Below the pieces are notes generated by a model. It was not told the origin of the DNA. It worked only from the letters and a program-made list of their open reading frames with translations, and did no database searches. Positions 24,660-37,359 of a stretch of 64,000 nucleotides of DNA are shown here, piece by piece; within the stretch, counting starts at the first letter, position 1, and each line of letters starts with the position of its first letter. Where the stretch lies: contig NW_024704743.1 of NCBI RefSeq assembly GCF_018977255.1, positions 55,182,001-55,246,000 on the forward strand. The letters are read 5' to 3'. This DNA is from Callorhinchus milii. Lineage: Eukaryota. The position numbers and the translations under genes were made by a program.

Positions 24660-25865
24660 TTCAGGTAGGGAAAGGGAGATAATTCCAGAGAGCAGGGACA
24701 GAGTGGAGGGACACGAACCAGGCCTGAGTTAGCAGAGCAGAGGGAATAGGTGAGAGAGTAGGAGGCCCAAAGATCAGTGAGTGGGGCAAGGGTGTGGAGG
24801 CATTTGAATGTAAGAATGAGGATTTTGAAGTTAATCTGCAGAGGAATAAAGAGCCAGTGGAGTAAAGAATGATGGGCTCATGGAGCCTAGTATGTGAAAA
24901 GATACTGTGTGCAGAGTTCTGGATGGTACGGAATATATGGAAGATGATGTAAGGAAGGACAGCAAAGAGTATATTAGAGAAATCAAGTCTATAAACGCCA
25001 AACGTGTGGATAATAGTTTCTGCTGCTTTGGGGATAAGATGATGATAGAGGTGAACAATGTGGCGGAGATAAAGGAAAGTGAACTTGGTAAAGGATTCGA
25101 TGAAAGGAGAGCTGAGAATTGAACATAGTTGAACATAATTCAGAAATTGCACACTGGTAAGGTGAGTTGAAGTGAGCAACTAGGGAGGTTGATACAGGCA
25201 ATCCTCACCATGGTGAGGTGGAGTAAGTGGACATGCCCGAGGGAATTTTATTTTGAATACCAAAAAAGTACATGATCTCCTTAAATTTGGCTTTGTAGGT
25301 GAGGATGGAAGAAGCATAGGAAGGTGGCTGTGAGAGGTGAATCATGGTGGAAATGAGGAGACTGAGATTATCCTTGTCATTCAGGATGTTCCTGCAGTAG
25401 ACATAAGATTTGATTGAAGAGACAGAAATGCTAGATTGTAATTGAGTCCAGACAAATTTGATGATGGATCATTAGGCCGGATTTGAGCCACGTATACTCT
25501 GATGGACACAAGGGAGTGGAATTGACTGTTATACAAAAGATACCTTTGAAATGGAAAATCCATTTTGGATTTGATGGGGACAAGGATGTTAAAGGTTTAA
25601 GTGAGGAAGCTGTTTAGGAGCTTGATTGAGGGAAAGAAGTTTGATAGGGAGTGAGGGGATGTTTTTCTCTGGAGATGGAAGGAGATGGTGGAGAGTTTGG
25701 CAAAAAGGAAGCAGAGTTTGTGAGGTGAAGGAGACATAAAAAAATCCTAAAGATTGCCTTGTCGGTGATGGAGATTGTGAAGATGGAGAGACATTGGAAG
25801 ATGATGAGGTTGAGAGGGTGGGGAGGGGGTTATGTGGTGGATGTGTTTGAGGGAAGAGAGATGGA
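24660..25865 (-). mobile_element. Old, diverged L2
   Basis: Minus-strand ORF reads LRHIVHL...AAETIIHTFGVYRLDFSN...IQNSA. Purine-rich L2-like sequence continues to about 25865. Confidence 0.8.
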
Positions 25866-25991
25866 CATTCTGTTTGAAGAATTATTTATCTGAGTGCTTA
25901 ACCCCCTTGTTATGAATACAGCAGACTTTGAGACCATATGTAGAAATGAAATTAATATTATGTAGTTAAAAACAGTGCCTTGGAAAAAGGC

Positions 25992-26027
25992 ACTTCACAT
26001 TAAACTTCACATTAAACTTCACATTAA
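25992..26027. repeat. (acttcacattaa)x3
   Basis: Read directly from the sequence. Confidence 0.95.
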
Positions 26028-27069
26028 AATAATTCATGGATAATAATAATAATGAGGCCTGAAACATTCGTGAGATGCTTTTGACCTTCCAGACCTTATT
26101 AAAGATCAAATGCTACTAAAACATGCTTCCCTGTTTTGCTCCTTAAATGTGCTCTTACTTCTGCTTCATAAGTTTTTGCAGAACTCGGACATCCTGGTAC
26201 GTCAATCGTTCATACTTTCTCTAGACACTTTTTAGTACTATTTGGGCTCATTGGGGGTGATAGGTATTAGCTTTTGGAAAGGGAATAGTTCATCTCTTTT
26301 AGACTTTTAAAAATAGATGTAACAAAATATATTTTATCAAAGCGCTGCATGAGGTATTGACTGTTGAAAGCATCCAAATTCAGGACTGGCTTTGTTCCAG
26401 CCAAGGGTAGAGCTAGTGTATCACATATATATTTCTCCATTACATGGCCACAGTGATGACTGATCACACCAGAAGGAAATACTATGATTTAGAGATTGCA
26501 ACTTCCATGAGCTCATAGGTCAGAGCTGTCAGTTTAATGCATATGTGGAGTGCTTCACCCTCGTAGGCTCATCACACAGATGTGACTGTAGAACTGAAAC
26601 AAATTCCACTGCAAATCAACAATACATTACACAACTTTGTTCCTCACTTTCAATCTTTAAATTTGGGCATTTTAGTTGGTTGTGACTCAACCATCTGCTC
26701 CACATTTTATCAATCACCAAAAGTCTATTTTGGTTGAGCAATACGTGGGAAGACAAATGCTAATGGGGAAATGAAAATCGTATCCACAGGTATAATGAGA
26801 AGATAACTGCGTGGCTTCAATCTGTAGTTCGGGCAGCACAAACAAAATGAAAGTCATCCAAAAAAATTTTCAATTAAAACCTAATTTAAAGTGTCATACA
26901 CTCCACCCACAGTGAAATGAAAAGCGAATTGATTGCTTTAAGGAGAGGAAGGGGATGGAGAAAATTGGAGGAGAAAAAACTGACAAAAAAATAGCATCTT
27001 ACCTTTCAAGATTGCTGCTAGAAAATAACATCTCGGGATACAGTATATAGTTTGGGACACAATATGTCA

Positions 27070-27147
27070 AGCGAGTGCCAAGATGGTGGAAGGCGAACTA
27101 TATGGATCTTGGTCTTCTTTCCCCTAGCAAAGTCTTATGTTCTTATG
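27070..27147 (+). mobile_element. CR1-type 3' tail
   Basis: tggatcttggtcttctttcccctagcaaagtcttatgttcttatg. Confidence 0.55.
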
Positions 27148-27769
27148 ACTTTATATTTTCAAGATGTAGATGCCAAATGTGTATTGGGATCCATGGGTTC
27201 TAATTTGCAGGATTTCGTAACACAATTCCTTAATAAGGTATTAGATAATCTAGCTGAACCTGATTTTGTTTTATTCTGTTGCTATGAAACCTAATTGCGG
27301 TACTTACTGACATTCCTTATTATAGATTCTTTTTAGAATTCCAGTCCACTCATACGAGTTCTGTGCCAGAAGTTAATAGCTTTGGAGTGGAGTTCCCATG
27401 GGCCAGAGTGACAACTCAGCACAACTCAGATACTTAATGAAGGAACTGTGGTAAGAAATCCTGTAAATTGGATCCTATTATACTTGCCACTAAAGGTTAG
27501 AAGACTTACTGACAAGTGAAGAACATCCCAATAAAAATCTATTTTGTTAGACTGTGTGGCAGACTATTTGGGGAAGTCTTGGGGCTATGGGGAAAGAAAG
27601 ACTGAAACCCAACCAGCCTTTGTAAAGAACAATGATGTTTTAATAAAGAAAATGTGTCACATCATGTGCTCTGAGCATCACTGGGATAATGTAAGGACTC
27701 ATCCAAATTCCAGATTCCGCCTCCCCTCACCACCACACTAAACAACTTTATACTTGCCTACACTGGGAC

Positions 27770-28120
27770 AAGTCATCAAGCTAGATGTCTCAGAGGGGAC
27801 CTTATAGAGGGGGATACAATTTTAAAGGGGATTGAAAAGTAATCCCAGAACAATACTTGTTGATGTACCAAGACAGTGAAATAATAGAACATAGGTTTAG
27901 AGTTTCAGAGGGGAGTTACCAGGATGCTTTTTCTTTATCCAGAGGGTAATTAATGATTGGAACAGGTTACAGGGAAAGATAGTTGAGGCCAGGACACCGG
28001 ACATTTAAAAAGCAGCTTGATGTTGTGATGGAAAGAATAGTAGGGTGGGTATTCTGGAAGGAGGGGTTCAGATTGGCCGATGGGCCTTCTGCATTCGGAT
28101 TGACCTTGTGCTCTCAAATA
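27770..28120 (+). mobile_element. Old CR1 3' fragment
   Basis: ctcagaggggaccttatagag (LRGDLIE), cagagggtaattaatgattggaac and tgggccttct. Confidence 0.75.
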
Positions 28121-28344
28121 GTCCTTCAGGTGGGGACTTTTTGGGCTTTACCATAGTGAGAGGGTGTTGCTTTTGCATTCCAGGTCATGTTATTGCTGGA
28201 GCCTGAGCTCATCAGCTCCCTCTCTTGCCCAACTCCTCAGAAAATTCTGAGACTGTGGGCCTGAATTGCCTATTTGGATCTCACCATTTGTCCCCTAGAA
28301 ACTAACAGCAGGAATGCAATCCTCATGCTTCTTGCACACGGACC

Positions 28345-28685
28345 ACCACCAACAACAACAAATTGAATTTGAGGCGGAGGGATTGGGGGATGGAGTTCCA
28401 GAGGGTGGGGGCAGATAGGCCCACCTGCCAATGGTTGGCTGGGCGAGGCAGGGAACGCAAAGCAGGCCGGAGCCCGCTGAGCGGAGGGAGCTGACAGGTT
28501 GGTAGGGGTTAGGAAGTCACAGAGGTAGGGGGGAACAAGGCCATGGAGGTCTTTGAAGGTGAGGATCAGGATCTTGAATTGGATCCTCTGTGTGATGGGA
28601 AGCTAGTGGAGTTGGGGGAGGATGCGGGTGATAGGGTCACAGAGCCTGATACAGGAGAGGACATAGGCTGCAAAGTTCTGGAGAC
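28345..28685 (-). mobile_element. L2 3' fragment with deletions
   Basis: ggagttccagagggtggg and ttgaaggtgaggatcaggatcttgaattgg. Confidence 0.85.
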
Positions 28686-31600
28686 AGTGCTGGCTGCTCT
28701 GCTCCACCAACCTGCAGCTCCTGCATGTTACACCAGAATCATGTAACCGACTCTGGGTATGGGCAGTGTGGAAGACCACCAAAGGTTAGAAAATGTATTA
28801 ACAAGTAAAGAGCATCCCAATAAAAAGTTATGCTAAGGCAGTGCACTTTGGTTTATATTGGAGAGTATGAGGGGTTTGTGCCACACAGTTCTGCTGCCCT
28901 GAGGAACAGGACACAGGAAGCCTGTGGCTCTCGACATGGGTGGGTGAAGTCCTGGCTGTAAGGAATGAACTGTGAGTACTGTGGGCCTGAGCTAAGTGCA
29001 GGCAGAGAGAGGCATTGAGTGGTGAAGCCTTGTAAACCTGGGATCTGTTAGAAGTGTTAAGTGCATGGCACACACTTGGGGGCACTGGAATTTTCTTCCT
29101 GTGTGAATAAACCTCGACTTTGGAAACATATCTATGCGTGCACATTTGGTTCTGCCTGACTGCTCTGTGACTCAGTAATAAGGCAAGGTACTGTATAGGA
29201 TATTAGGTGTTTAAGTTAAACACCTATTTTTTTCTTAGTGCTCACAGTACAGTTGTCTGCACCTAAATAAGCTACACAAATTGCACTCAAGGCAATGTCA
29301 GTATTTAGGTCTCAGTTTCAGAAAATCCCAACAAGTGAGCTCAGGAACTGAAGGACTCAAAACAAAATCAAATTTGCATAAGCTTTCTAGCTAGCAGGAT
29401 GATTTCCAAAGGAGGCATGTACAAGCTTGTTCCTGAATACACATTCCACCAGGAATTTTCTACTGATACATATCCTTAGTTTAATAGCAAAATGAAAGTT
29501 TGAACACAATGAAAAAAATTATCAAACTAACAGTTTCCTGCTTTCTGTATGAAAGGCACAATTCAGTGTAAATATACTAAAGATATAATTTTGAAGATTC
29601 TTTGCATGATATAAAAATAGTGAACTGCTGTAAGAAAGGAACGGTTTATTTCACAAGGATTTAAATAGAAGTGGATGGTTCTTTATATCTTTATAATCAA
29701 TGAGAATGATGGTTAAAAATGACTTAGACTTTGTCAAAGTTAGGTTTTAGATCATGACTTACTGTGAAGTGTCGTTCAGACAGTGGAAAATACTGTAAGA
29801 ATCTTCTAACAAAGATAAGGACTGAATTCAATTTAATTGTGGATAAATTCCCTCCGCTCATCTCACTGCAGATTGGGCTGGATAAGTACTGAAAATAATC
29901 AATTCTGTCTTGTTAAATTATTCTGCAACAAACAACCATAACTGGATATTCTTGTAAAGCACAAAACCTATCAGTCAAAGGAAGCGTAAAACAAAAAGGA
30001 AACCACTTCCCCATAAACATACGTCAGCAATTACAACGGTGAACCCATTTTTGTGAAAAGTAACACTTATTTGTGGAAACAAAGTGCTGCTTTTTTTTAA
30101 AAAAAGGCCACGAAACTTAACGTAAGCAGATGCTGAAAAATGTCCTTTAAGCTTTTAAAAAGCTTGAGGAGCTAAATTAGCCTTATCCCTCCCTTTAAGC
30201 TAAAGATTTTAACAGGGGTAGAATATTGATGATAGTGCTACAGTTGGACAATTCATCATTCTATCCTGACATTATGTACTTATTTACACACATCCACATT
30301 TTTGCTAAAATGAGTGAACACAGGAATGGCAGGCCCATAGTTGACAGTGCTGTTTCTAAAGTGATTTGGCCAATTCCCCTCGGAAACAGTAGGAAGCTGC
30401 TTAATTTAACAGGCATAATAAATAACAAGTGAGACGTCAGACAGGAGTCTATGTAAGCTTGCTGGTTTGTTCACTGGCAGTGCCTCTGAGGAATAACATT
30501 CAATGTTGTGACAAATGTTGTGGTGTTTGCTGTATTCTTTTTAAGTTCATTCAAATCAAAGGTGGGGGGAGGAACTATACGTTTTAAGAAACACCTGCCT
30601 GAGGCGACTCAAGAAAATACTGAATGGACTTTTTTAACCACTTTCATAAACAACAATTATATAGGCTGTTTGAAGGTAGCTTAATTTCCCTGAAAGTTGG
30701 GTATTTTTCTTCTTAATTATTTCACATCAGTGTTCTGACCTGCCTGTCAAAACGTGCGTGCTGATGTGAAAGAAGAAACATATTCAAGGGGAAAGTAAAA
30801 CTTCCCACTAACTTACTTACTCAGCAAGTGTCATCAATTGCAAATGTCATAACTGGCTATAGAAAGGAGTTTTGCAACACATTATGGGGGTGGGGGAAAG
30901 TTTGTGCTGTATAATATGATTTTATCATCAGGTGCAGAATTTGCTGCCGTGTTTGCCCAGTACTGTATTTACCGAATGGTTAGGAGCAGAATATCCCTTC
31001 AACTCTGGAAGGTGGTTCATTCCTACAGCCTGCTCAGCAGATACACAATGTTTCATCTAGTCTTAGCCTGTGGATCAATTTGTTTTCAAATTGAAGATCA
31101 CACTGCATTGTGGAAAATTCTTGAAATCAGTCTTAATTTCTAAACTAGTTCTTTCCAAAGAACTGAGGGGAAAAATGGCTTCCAGAATTAAGACTGAATC
31201 AAATAATTTTCCACAATTTTTGTGCAATGTTAACTTTTAAAGTTACAAAAAAAGTAGAGATGGGTCCTTCCCTGGACCCATCTCTACTCCCAAACTACCG
31301 CCCCATCTCCAACCTCCCTTTCCCCTCCAAGATCCTGGAACGAGTTGTTGCTTTTGAGCCCTGCTCCTTCCTCTCCGCCACTCCCTTCATGAACCCTTCC
31401 AATCGGGTTTCCGTGCCACCCAAAGCACAGATACAGCCCTGGTCAAAGTGACAAATGACATTCTGTCCATCTGTGACCAGGGCTCCCTCTGCCTACTTAT
31501 CCTCCTTGACCTCTCTGCTGCCTTCGACACCGTCGACCACTCTATCCTCATCCACCAGCTCTCCTCTCACTTCAACCTTCAGGGCTCTGCCCTTGATTGG

Positions 31601-31865
31601 TTCAGACTATACCTCTTACACCGCCTTCACTTCATCTCCACAAACGGCTTCTCCTCTAGCCTCCATACCGTCTCGTGTGGCGTTCCTCAGGGCTCTGTCC
31701 TTGGTCCCCTCTTCTTCAATGTCTGTATGGTCCCTCTTGGTGATATCATCCGCAGATATGGAGTCAAATTCCCATGTTTGCGGATAACATCCAACTCTAC
31801 CTCTCTGCCTCCATCCTTAACTCCAGGACCACTGCTGTTCAGAAAGAATGTCTGTCAGACATCAA

Positions 31866-32656
31866 CAACAACAACAACAAGATTTCATTTATAGAGCGCC
31901 TTTCACGTCGGGAGGACGTCCCAAGGCGCTGTACAGTTGGGTCAGGACCCGAGCAGGGGGGAAATGGTCAGGGTGAGGGGAGGGAAGGGAGGGAACGAGG
32001 AGGGGGGAAATGGTGAGGGGAGGGAAGGGAGGGAGCGAGGAGGGGGGAAATGGTGAGGGGAGGGAAGGGAGGGAGCGAGGAGGGGGGAAATGATCAGGGT
32101 GAGGGGAGGGAAGGGAGGGAACGAGGAGGGGGGAAATGGTGAGGGGAGGGAAGGGAGGGAGCGAGGAGGGGGGAAATGATCAGGGTGAGGGGAGGGAAGG
32201 GAGGGAGCGAGGAGTGGGTAGAGAGTCGAGAGGGGAGCTGAAGGCACGGTCAAAGAGAAAGGTCTTGAGACCGGCCTTGAAGGAGGAAAGGGAGGAAGCA
32301 AGGCGAAGGCACTGGGCGATAGAGTTCCAGAACCTAGGGTCTGAGAGGTAGGGTGGTTGGGGCGGGGGATGTGGAGCAGACCAGAGCCAGAGGAACGGAG
32401 GATACGGGCAGGTAGGTAGGGGGATAGTAGGTCAGAGAGGTAGGAGGGAGCAAGGCCGTGAATGGCCTTGTAGGTGAGGATGAGGATCTTGAATTCGATC
32501 CTCTGGGGGATGGGGAGCCAGTGGAGGCGAGCGAGGGTGGGAGTGATGTGTTCCCGAAGCCTGGTGCGGGACAGTACACGAGCTGCAGAGTTCTGAATGA
32601 CCTGCAGCTTGTGGAGGGAGGTGCCGGGAAGGCCGGCGAGGAGAGAGTTCCCATAG
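31866..32656 (-). mobile_element. Young L2 (nested) with an expanded 3'UTR minisatellite
   Basis: (caa)n tail and intact CpG-rich terminal hairpin. tcaa is shared at both ends. Confidence 0.93.
31956..32213. repeat. Six G-rich units of 40-46 bp (ggggggaaatg[gtcag]...ggggagggaagggaggga[a/g]cgagga)
   Basis: Units start at 31956, 32002, 32042, 32082, 32128 and 32168. Confidence 0.95.
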
Positions 32657-32673
32657 TCAAGTCCTAGCTGAGA

Positions 32674-33049
32674 GCTACTATCCCCCTACCTACCTGCCCG
32701 TACCCTCCGTTCCTCTGGCTCCGGTCTGCTCCACATCCCCCGCCCCAACCGCCCTACCATCGGTGGCCGGGCCTTCAGCCTCTCAGCTCCGAGGCTCTGG
32801 AACTCTATTCCCCAGTGCCTTCGCCGCCTCCTCCCTTTCCTCCTTCAAGGCCGGTCTCAAGACCTTTCTCTTTGACCGTGTCTTCAGCTCCCCTCTCGAC
32901 TCTCTACCCCCTCCTCGCTCCCTCCCTTCCCTCCCCTCACCCTGACCATTTCCCCAATGCTCGGGTCCTGACCCAACTGTACAGCGCCTTGGGACGTCTT
33001 CCCGACGTGAAAGGCGCTCAATAAATGGAATCTTGTTGTTGTTGTTGTT
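32674..33049 (+). mobile_element. Young L2 3' end (nested)
   Basis: ctactatccccctacc...gggacgtcttcccgacgtgaaaggcgc...(ttg)n. Confidence 0.92.
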
Positions 33050-33849
33050 CTTTAGTTGAACGTCAACAAGACCGAAACTCTCCTGATTGGCTCCCATCAG
33101 CGCCTCCTCATCTCAGGCACTGACAGCATCACCATCCATGGTTGCACACTCCACCTTACTAAGCCAGTCCAGAGTCTTGGCATCTTGTTTGACCCTCAAC
33201 TATCCATTCTATCCCACACACATCTCCGCCATGACCCGCTCTGCCTTCCCCCACTTCCGCAACATCACTCGGCTCCACCACTGGCTCACACCGCAGGCCC
33301 CCCGAAACCCTCATACACACTTTCATTACATCGAGGCTTGACTATGCAAACTGATTGCTTGTTGGCCTCCCAAACTTCTCCTTCCACAGGCTGCAGATCA
33401 TCCAGAACATTGCAGCCCATGTCCTCTCCCACACGAGGCTCCATGACCCAATCACCCACATCTTTGCCCGACTCCACTGGCTTCCCATCACACAGAGGAT
33501 ACAGTTCAAGGTCCTCACCTTCAAAGCCTTCCAATGACCTTGCTCCCTCCTACCTCTGCGACCTCCTAATCCTCTACCTTCCTGCTCTCTCCCTCTGCTC
33601 AGTGGGCTCCAGCCTGCTTCAAGTCCCCCGCCTCTCTCACCCCACTATTGGCGGGTAGATCTTCTGCCACTCTGCCCCCACCCTCTGGAACTTCATCCCG
33701 CAGTCCCTCCGCCTCACCTCCTTCCTTGCCACCTTCAAGACTCATCTCAAGACCCTCCTCTTTGACCGTGCTTTCGATCTTCCTGCTTCACCCCCTGCCC
33801 TCCACCCTCCCTGACCCAGCTCGGGTCCGAAACTCTGTCTGTGCTTGTC

Positions 33850-34100
33850 TGACCGAAGGTATTGTCAAAAAGGAAGGCTTTGAGGCAGACCCTGAAGGAG
33901 GTGAGGGAAGGGGCAAGTTGAAGGAGCTCCAGGATGGAGATTGGGGGCAGATACACTGAAAACCCAATTCCCGACTGTGAAGCAGGTAGGTTGGTGGCTT
34001 GAAGCAAACAGGTGCTCATTGAACATCAGAACAATAGCCACATGGTTGCTCACCCAAGCATGAGGAGGCTAGACCAGGAGGACAGAGGCTATTGTCAGCG
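33850..34100 (-). mobile_element. Old L2 3' fragment
   Basis: gtcaaaaaggaaggctttgaggcagaccctgaaggagg...ggagctccagg. Confidence 0.65.
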
Positions 34101-35011
34101 GGGAGAAAAAATGGAAACGAATTAAACACTCTAAAGTTATATTTAAAAAAACACTGCTTTTCAAAGGAGCAATTTATTATTTAATTTAATCTATTAACAG
34201 CAATTTTTACTTATTTAAATACCATTCGGTTTCCTGTTCTAAATTGTTTTTTCATAATCTGGAGCTATATGTGCTGAAAATGGCCACTTTTCTGTGGAGC
34301 TTTTCTCAAATACATTGGAAAGGATCACATTAGAATAACTTGCTACCACATCTATCAAGATTCTATACTTGTTAGAAATTTTACTGTGTGAATAGGGAAA
34401 TCACCTGAGAGTGGCATAGAAATTGAGTGTTCATATCTACTCATTGAATCTCTTTAAAATATGTATTCAAGGTTATGTAAAGGCCAGGCAACACTGGTAG
34501 CATGGATTGATATTGCAGCTCTAAACCTTGGACACAACAAAATCATAAAACTAAGATTGATCGGCCCCTTTCGAAGTAACTATTTGTGTTTATTAAGATG
34601 ATTTAACTCAGTGCAGAAGAATGGAATTTTTTCTATACAGTATTTATATCAAGTATTTGCATTTAAGTCGGCATAGTACAGTCCTAATGTAGATTAAACC
34701 TTTATTCACACATTAACCACAATCTTCTGAGAACATCATAGACTGTATCATTGTGATTTCCCGTTACCCACCACACATTCAATCTTTGGGTACCTTAGTG
34801 TGCTTTAGTCAACTTTGATGTAATAACTGACTTTCGTGGCCAAATCGTGGGCAGCTGTCAAAAGAATACAATTTTCTGAAACACCACCAACCAGAAATAA
34901 TTTCTGAACCATGACCTGCTAGATATTTCGGGGGGGATAGTGATATAAAATCGGGCAAAGCTGATGTTTGAACCAAAGCAAAGAAATCCATCATAGGATG
35001 ATCTCAATAAT

Positions 35012-35325
35012 GGTGTCAGCTTAGTTTAATTGATAGAACTCTCACCTCTGGATCAGAAGGTTGTGAGTTCAAGCCCTATGTTGAGACTTTCAGGTTATTA
35101 TCCAGGCTGATAGTCCAGTGAGAAGTGCTGCATTGTCAGAGGGTCATCTTTCCAATAAGCAGTTAAACTAAGAGCCTGTCTGCTTATTCAAATGGACATT
35201 AACGGTCACATGGCACTTTTTGAAAAGAGAAGAGAGTTTTTCTTGTTGTCCTAGCCAACAATCCTCTAGATAAAATTGGTCATTCCATCAAATGGCTGTT
35301 TCTGTGACCTTGCTGTGTGACCTTG
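35012..35325 (+). mobile_element. SacSINE1-like Deu-SINE with tRNA-derived head
   Basis: gtgtcagcttagtttaattgatagaactctcacctctggatcagaaggttgtgagttcaagcc, followed by the Deu body. Confidence 0.85.
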
Positions 35326-35379
35326 TCTCCTGCATGTTACATTTTGTCATAAATTTTGTCACAGCAACTTGGAGCAATT

Positions 35380-35740
35380 AATAATAATAATATTAATAAT
35401 ACTTGCATTTGATATAGCGCCTTATCACGTCTTTGAGACATTTCAAAGCACTTCACAGAATATACTGTAAAGTGAATTGACTGTAAACTTTATGGGCGAA
35501 AAGCAGCAGCTAATTGCACAGTCCCACAAACCGTCAGAGATTGAGTGACCAATTTTTTTTAAGGAATTATTCCCCCCAGAAAAGCGATCTGCCAGTCAAC
35601 TAACAACCAGGTTCCTACTCTGCTAGGTAAGCAGAGGTATCTGGAGGCAGGGAACTGGCCCAATATTTCACCCTGCCTGGAATCAACCCAGGTCTCTGGC
35701 TTGCGAGGCGAGTGGTCTAACCACTGAGCTAAAGGACTCC
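35380..35740 (-). mobile_element. Full-length SINE of the second family (tRNA head, CORE-like middle, Deu 3' part, TTA tail)
   Basis: Minus-strand head ggagtcctttagctcagtggttagacc...gggttgattccagg. Homologous to 51210-51583. Confidence 0.88.
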
Positions 35741-37359
35741 AAATATATGTTAAACATTTTAAGATGTTGTGACTTAATATGCACTATATGTCATGCTGTG
35801 ATTACTATTATTATTTAGTATAAAGGCTAGTTTAGGACAACTAAAGGAACAAAAGGACTTTCACCTTTTCATACTATGATGTGGGATCAAAGGATTGATC
35901 TTACACAAGCTATAATGCACATCTTCCAGGTCATCTGAGGTCAGCCAGTCTAATACTATTATGACTTTCAGTTTGAGCAGAACATTGTTTGAGGGAGTGT
36001 TAGATTTAATCTCTTTTTCCTTAGGATTATGGCAGAGATTGATAACTGACTTCTGTTCAGTTAATTACAAAATCTCATGGCACTCTTCGATAAGAGAAAG
36101 GATTTTCCCCCTGTATCCTGGCCGACAGTTCTCCAGATAAAATTGGTTATTCATTCATGACTGTTTGTGGGACATTCCTGTGTGCAAATTGGCTCCCATG
36201 TTCACCAACAAGATACACAGGCACTTCACTCTATAGTAAATCGGTGATATCTTGCATTTTGCTGACACGTGGGTGGGGTGGTGAGGTGTGGCGTATGGAA
36301 AGGTGGGGTGTAGGTGGTTGAAGATCAAGAAGAAACAGGTATGTTTTAAGGAAATTAAATCAATATTAATTCAAAGTGGTACCTCCACTGTTACCAGGTC
36401 AATGCTCCCAATCTCCCCTTTGCTAATTATTTTAAATTGATGTCCTCTAGTTACCAACTCATGACCAGTAGAAATAAATTCTCCCTACTGTATACATGTG
36501 AATGGATATATTGAATTCTCTTAACAGTTAAAAAGCTCCCTAGAAAGGGAATTAAATTGTTAAAATCTAGCAGAAGACCAGTTGATAAATACATACAACA
36601 AAACATTGAATGATGAGTTATTTACAAAGTAATCTATCGATGTTTTATTTGACAGAAACCTCAGATATGAAATCTGTTTAGTCAAATCCTTAAACAAAGA
36701 AGCAGGAATCGCAATGTTCAAAAATCACTCCTTCCTCAATGCAAATATGTCTGGATAAGGATGTATTCAACAAAGCATTACAATGTATCTTTAGAAAAAT
36801 GGTATTTCAACTTAATCAATGCAGTTGCTGTGTGGTGCAAAACAGAGTCTAATATTCCTTTTTGCTGTTGCCAGACATCGATAATGTGTTTGTGTTTTAG
36901 GGAGAAGACTTTTAAGAACGAAAAATGTATTTGTTGCAGGTTGATTCAACCAGTTCACTTTGTTAGGGTCGAGCATAAAATGTGAGACGGCTCAACTCCA
37001 TGCATTGAATGCATTTAATCAAAGGAAACAGCTAATGTTTAAAATATTCTTTAGGAGAACAAACACTGTGCGTTTGGGGCAAAAGCATTTACCACATAAG
37101 CAGCTTTTTCTCTTGAGAATCCCCATTATATCACAAACTCACAAGACATCAACTCTGATCCAATCTTTGTTCCAAGCTGGTTGCTCAACCCTAACATGCT
37201 GCACAGGAGATTCCCTGGAGCAAACACTTGATGTGACAGGCACAATGCCAAACAGTTACATTGTTGAAGCATTAAGATACCATAGTGTTTTTACTCTGAT
37301 CTGAGTGTGAAATCTGGTTACAGATCCAAACAGCTCAGTCATTTAATACAAATTAAATC

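Larger units (their letters stand above)
31265..33835 (+). mobile_element. L2 host split by two young L2 insertions
   Basis: Translates as [33 protein letters not shown] and FADNIQLY. The host resumes at 32657-32675 and again at about 33050 (NVNKTE...LHWLPITQRIQFK). Confidence 0.93.

Noticed and set aside
26995..27125. Minus-strand exon with an AG|GTAAG donor and a copia-like VSRDVIF peptide
   Set aside because: All three frames stop, and the acceptor half is the antisense of a CR1-type tail.
28860..29090. Possible Tx1 C-terminal remnant (LWL...VRNEL)
   Set aside because: Too few motif residues to support a call.
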